Below are positions 63,067 to 64,000 of a DNA stretch of 64,000 nucleotides, piece after piece. The position numbers and the translations under genes were made by a program. The stretch lies in assembly GCA_965112155.1 (NCBI GenBank), contig OZ218099.1; one strand, 5' to 3'. The stretch comes from Podarcis liolepis. Lineage: Eukaryota. Numbering within the stretch: the stretch's first letter is position 1; the number at the start of each line of letters is the position of its first letter. Under the pieces are notes generated by a model that worked only from the letters and a program-made list of their open reading frames with translations, searched no databases and was not told the origin of the DNA.

Positions 63067-64000
63067 TATTAAAATTGGTATGCATAGGAGGTCTTTGCCT
63101 CAAGTCTTGCTGGAGCCGGTAGGCTGGTGCAATCTCCTTTCCCCACTTTAGCTTTGCTTGCCTCCTGTCATTTTCTTTCTCTCTCGTTGATGGCCAGGTG
63201 ACTCCCATTTCCTTTGCTTTTCAAGGCAAAACCGGTTTTTGTTCCCTTACATCACAACAGATTTCTTTTCTTAATTGCTTTGGATTCTGAAACCAAACAA
63301 GAGAAACAACAAAAATGGGTCCCAGGGTGCTTGGTGCTAGTCTTTGCCTGAACAAACAGGGACATCATTAAGTTCTCATTCAGCCTGGAGTCCTGGCTCC
63401 GGCATCTGTGTCCATTATCAATTTGTAAGTAGGGCAAACCCCCACCCCAACCCGTCTACACTCTGTCATTTTCTGTTCACATGATAATGCGAGAGCTACA
63501 AGCGTAAGCATGAGAACAGCAGTTTGCAGGGTAGTTATCAGAGGGCACATTTTCTACACGCTGCCCTCTTGCCTCTCCCAGCCGCAAACTGGAAACCTAA
63601 GGATGAAATCCTGTATGTTGTTTTGAAAGCCTGCCCCTACTGCAAGCTCCTGCACACTAGTTCCCACTGGGCATTTCAGATTTCACTGTGGCTTTTATGT
63701 ATTCAATTTAGTAAAAAAATTGTGGGTGCTGTAACTTAACCCTGGGGGCAAGCAGTTAAGAAGGAGAAGCATCCCTATAAGACAGAATGTTCTCTTTTGC
63801 AATGGTCCAATTATGATGGTAAAGGCAGGGCATGACATGACGGGTTCATGGTGAAATGATTGGATTGGCAAAGGTTGTGCCGTATGTAGGCAGCAAGTCT
63901 CAGATGAACCATTTTAAGAGACATCTTCATGGCATTGAATGAATGTTTTGAGACAAGTTCAAAGAGAAGGTAAAAAATTGCCTTGATGAGGGCATATGCA

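Noticed and set aside
61843-64000. Next ARSG exon (expected VLFHPNSG-like)
   Set aside because: Not found by reading this stretch; presumably beyond the window.

Overview
Vertebrate genomic DNA, most likely a squamate reptile (lacertid-like lizard, judged from Sauria SINEs, Bov-B and Penelope-like elements). The only host gene I can support is arylsulfatase G (ARSG) on the + strand: nine GT-AG coding exons between 14159 and 61842 that splice in frame to 408 codons. These include the signal peptide, NFIIILADD, the CSPSR formylglycine motif, GKWHLG and GDNG. The C-terminal exons are not in the window. A TATA box plus a perfect donor site on the - strand near 970-1155 may be a non-coding first exon of the antisense neighbour SLC16A6 (inference from human synteny). 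The rest is intronic/intergenic DNA densely filled with transposons: Tc1/pogo and hAT MITEs, L1, L2, CR1, Bov-B, SINEs and solo-LTR-like pieces. The most striking structures are four Penelope-like insertions, three forming long fold-back palindromes and three carrying intact minimal hammerhead-ribozyme cores; two of those cores are sense to the ARSG pre-mRNA. Also notable: a composite MITE family with 6-bp TSDs whose inverted copies flank the GDNG exon, an (AAT)15 insertion between a branch point and a splice acceptor, two uORFs before the ARSG start, and a three-level transposon nest. Almost all ORFs in the supplied track are spurious or TE-derived. Penelope-associated hammerheads are a known class, so any novelty lies in these specific families and their placement, not the concept. 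Repeat boundaries marked approx. are estimated by eye.
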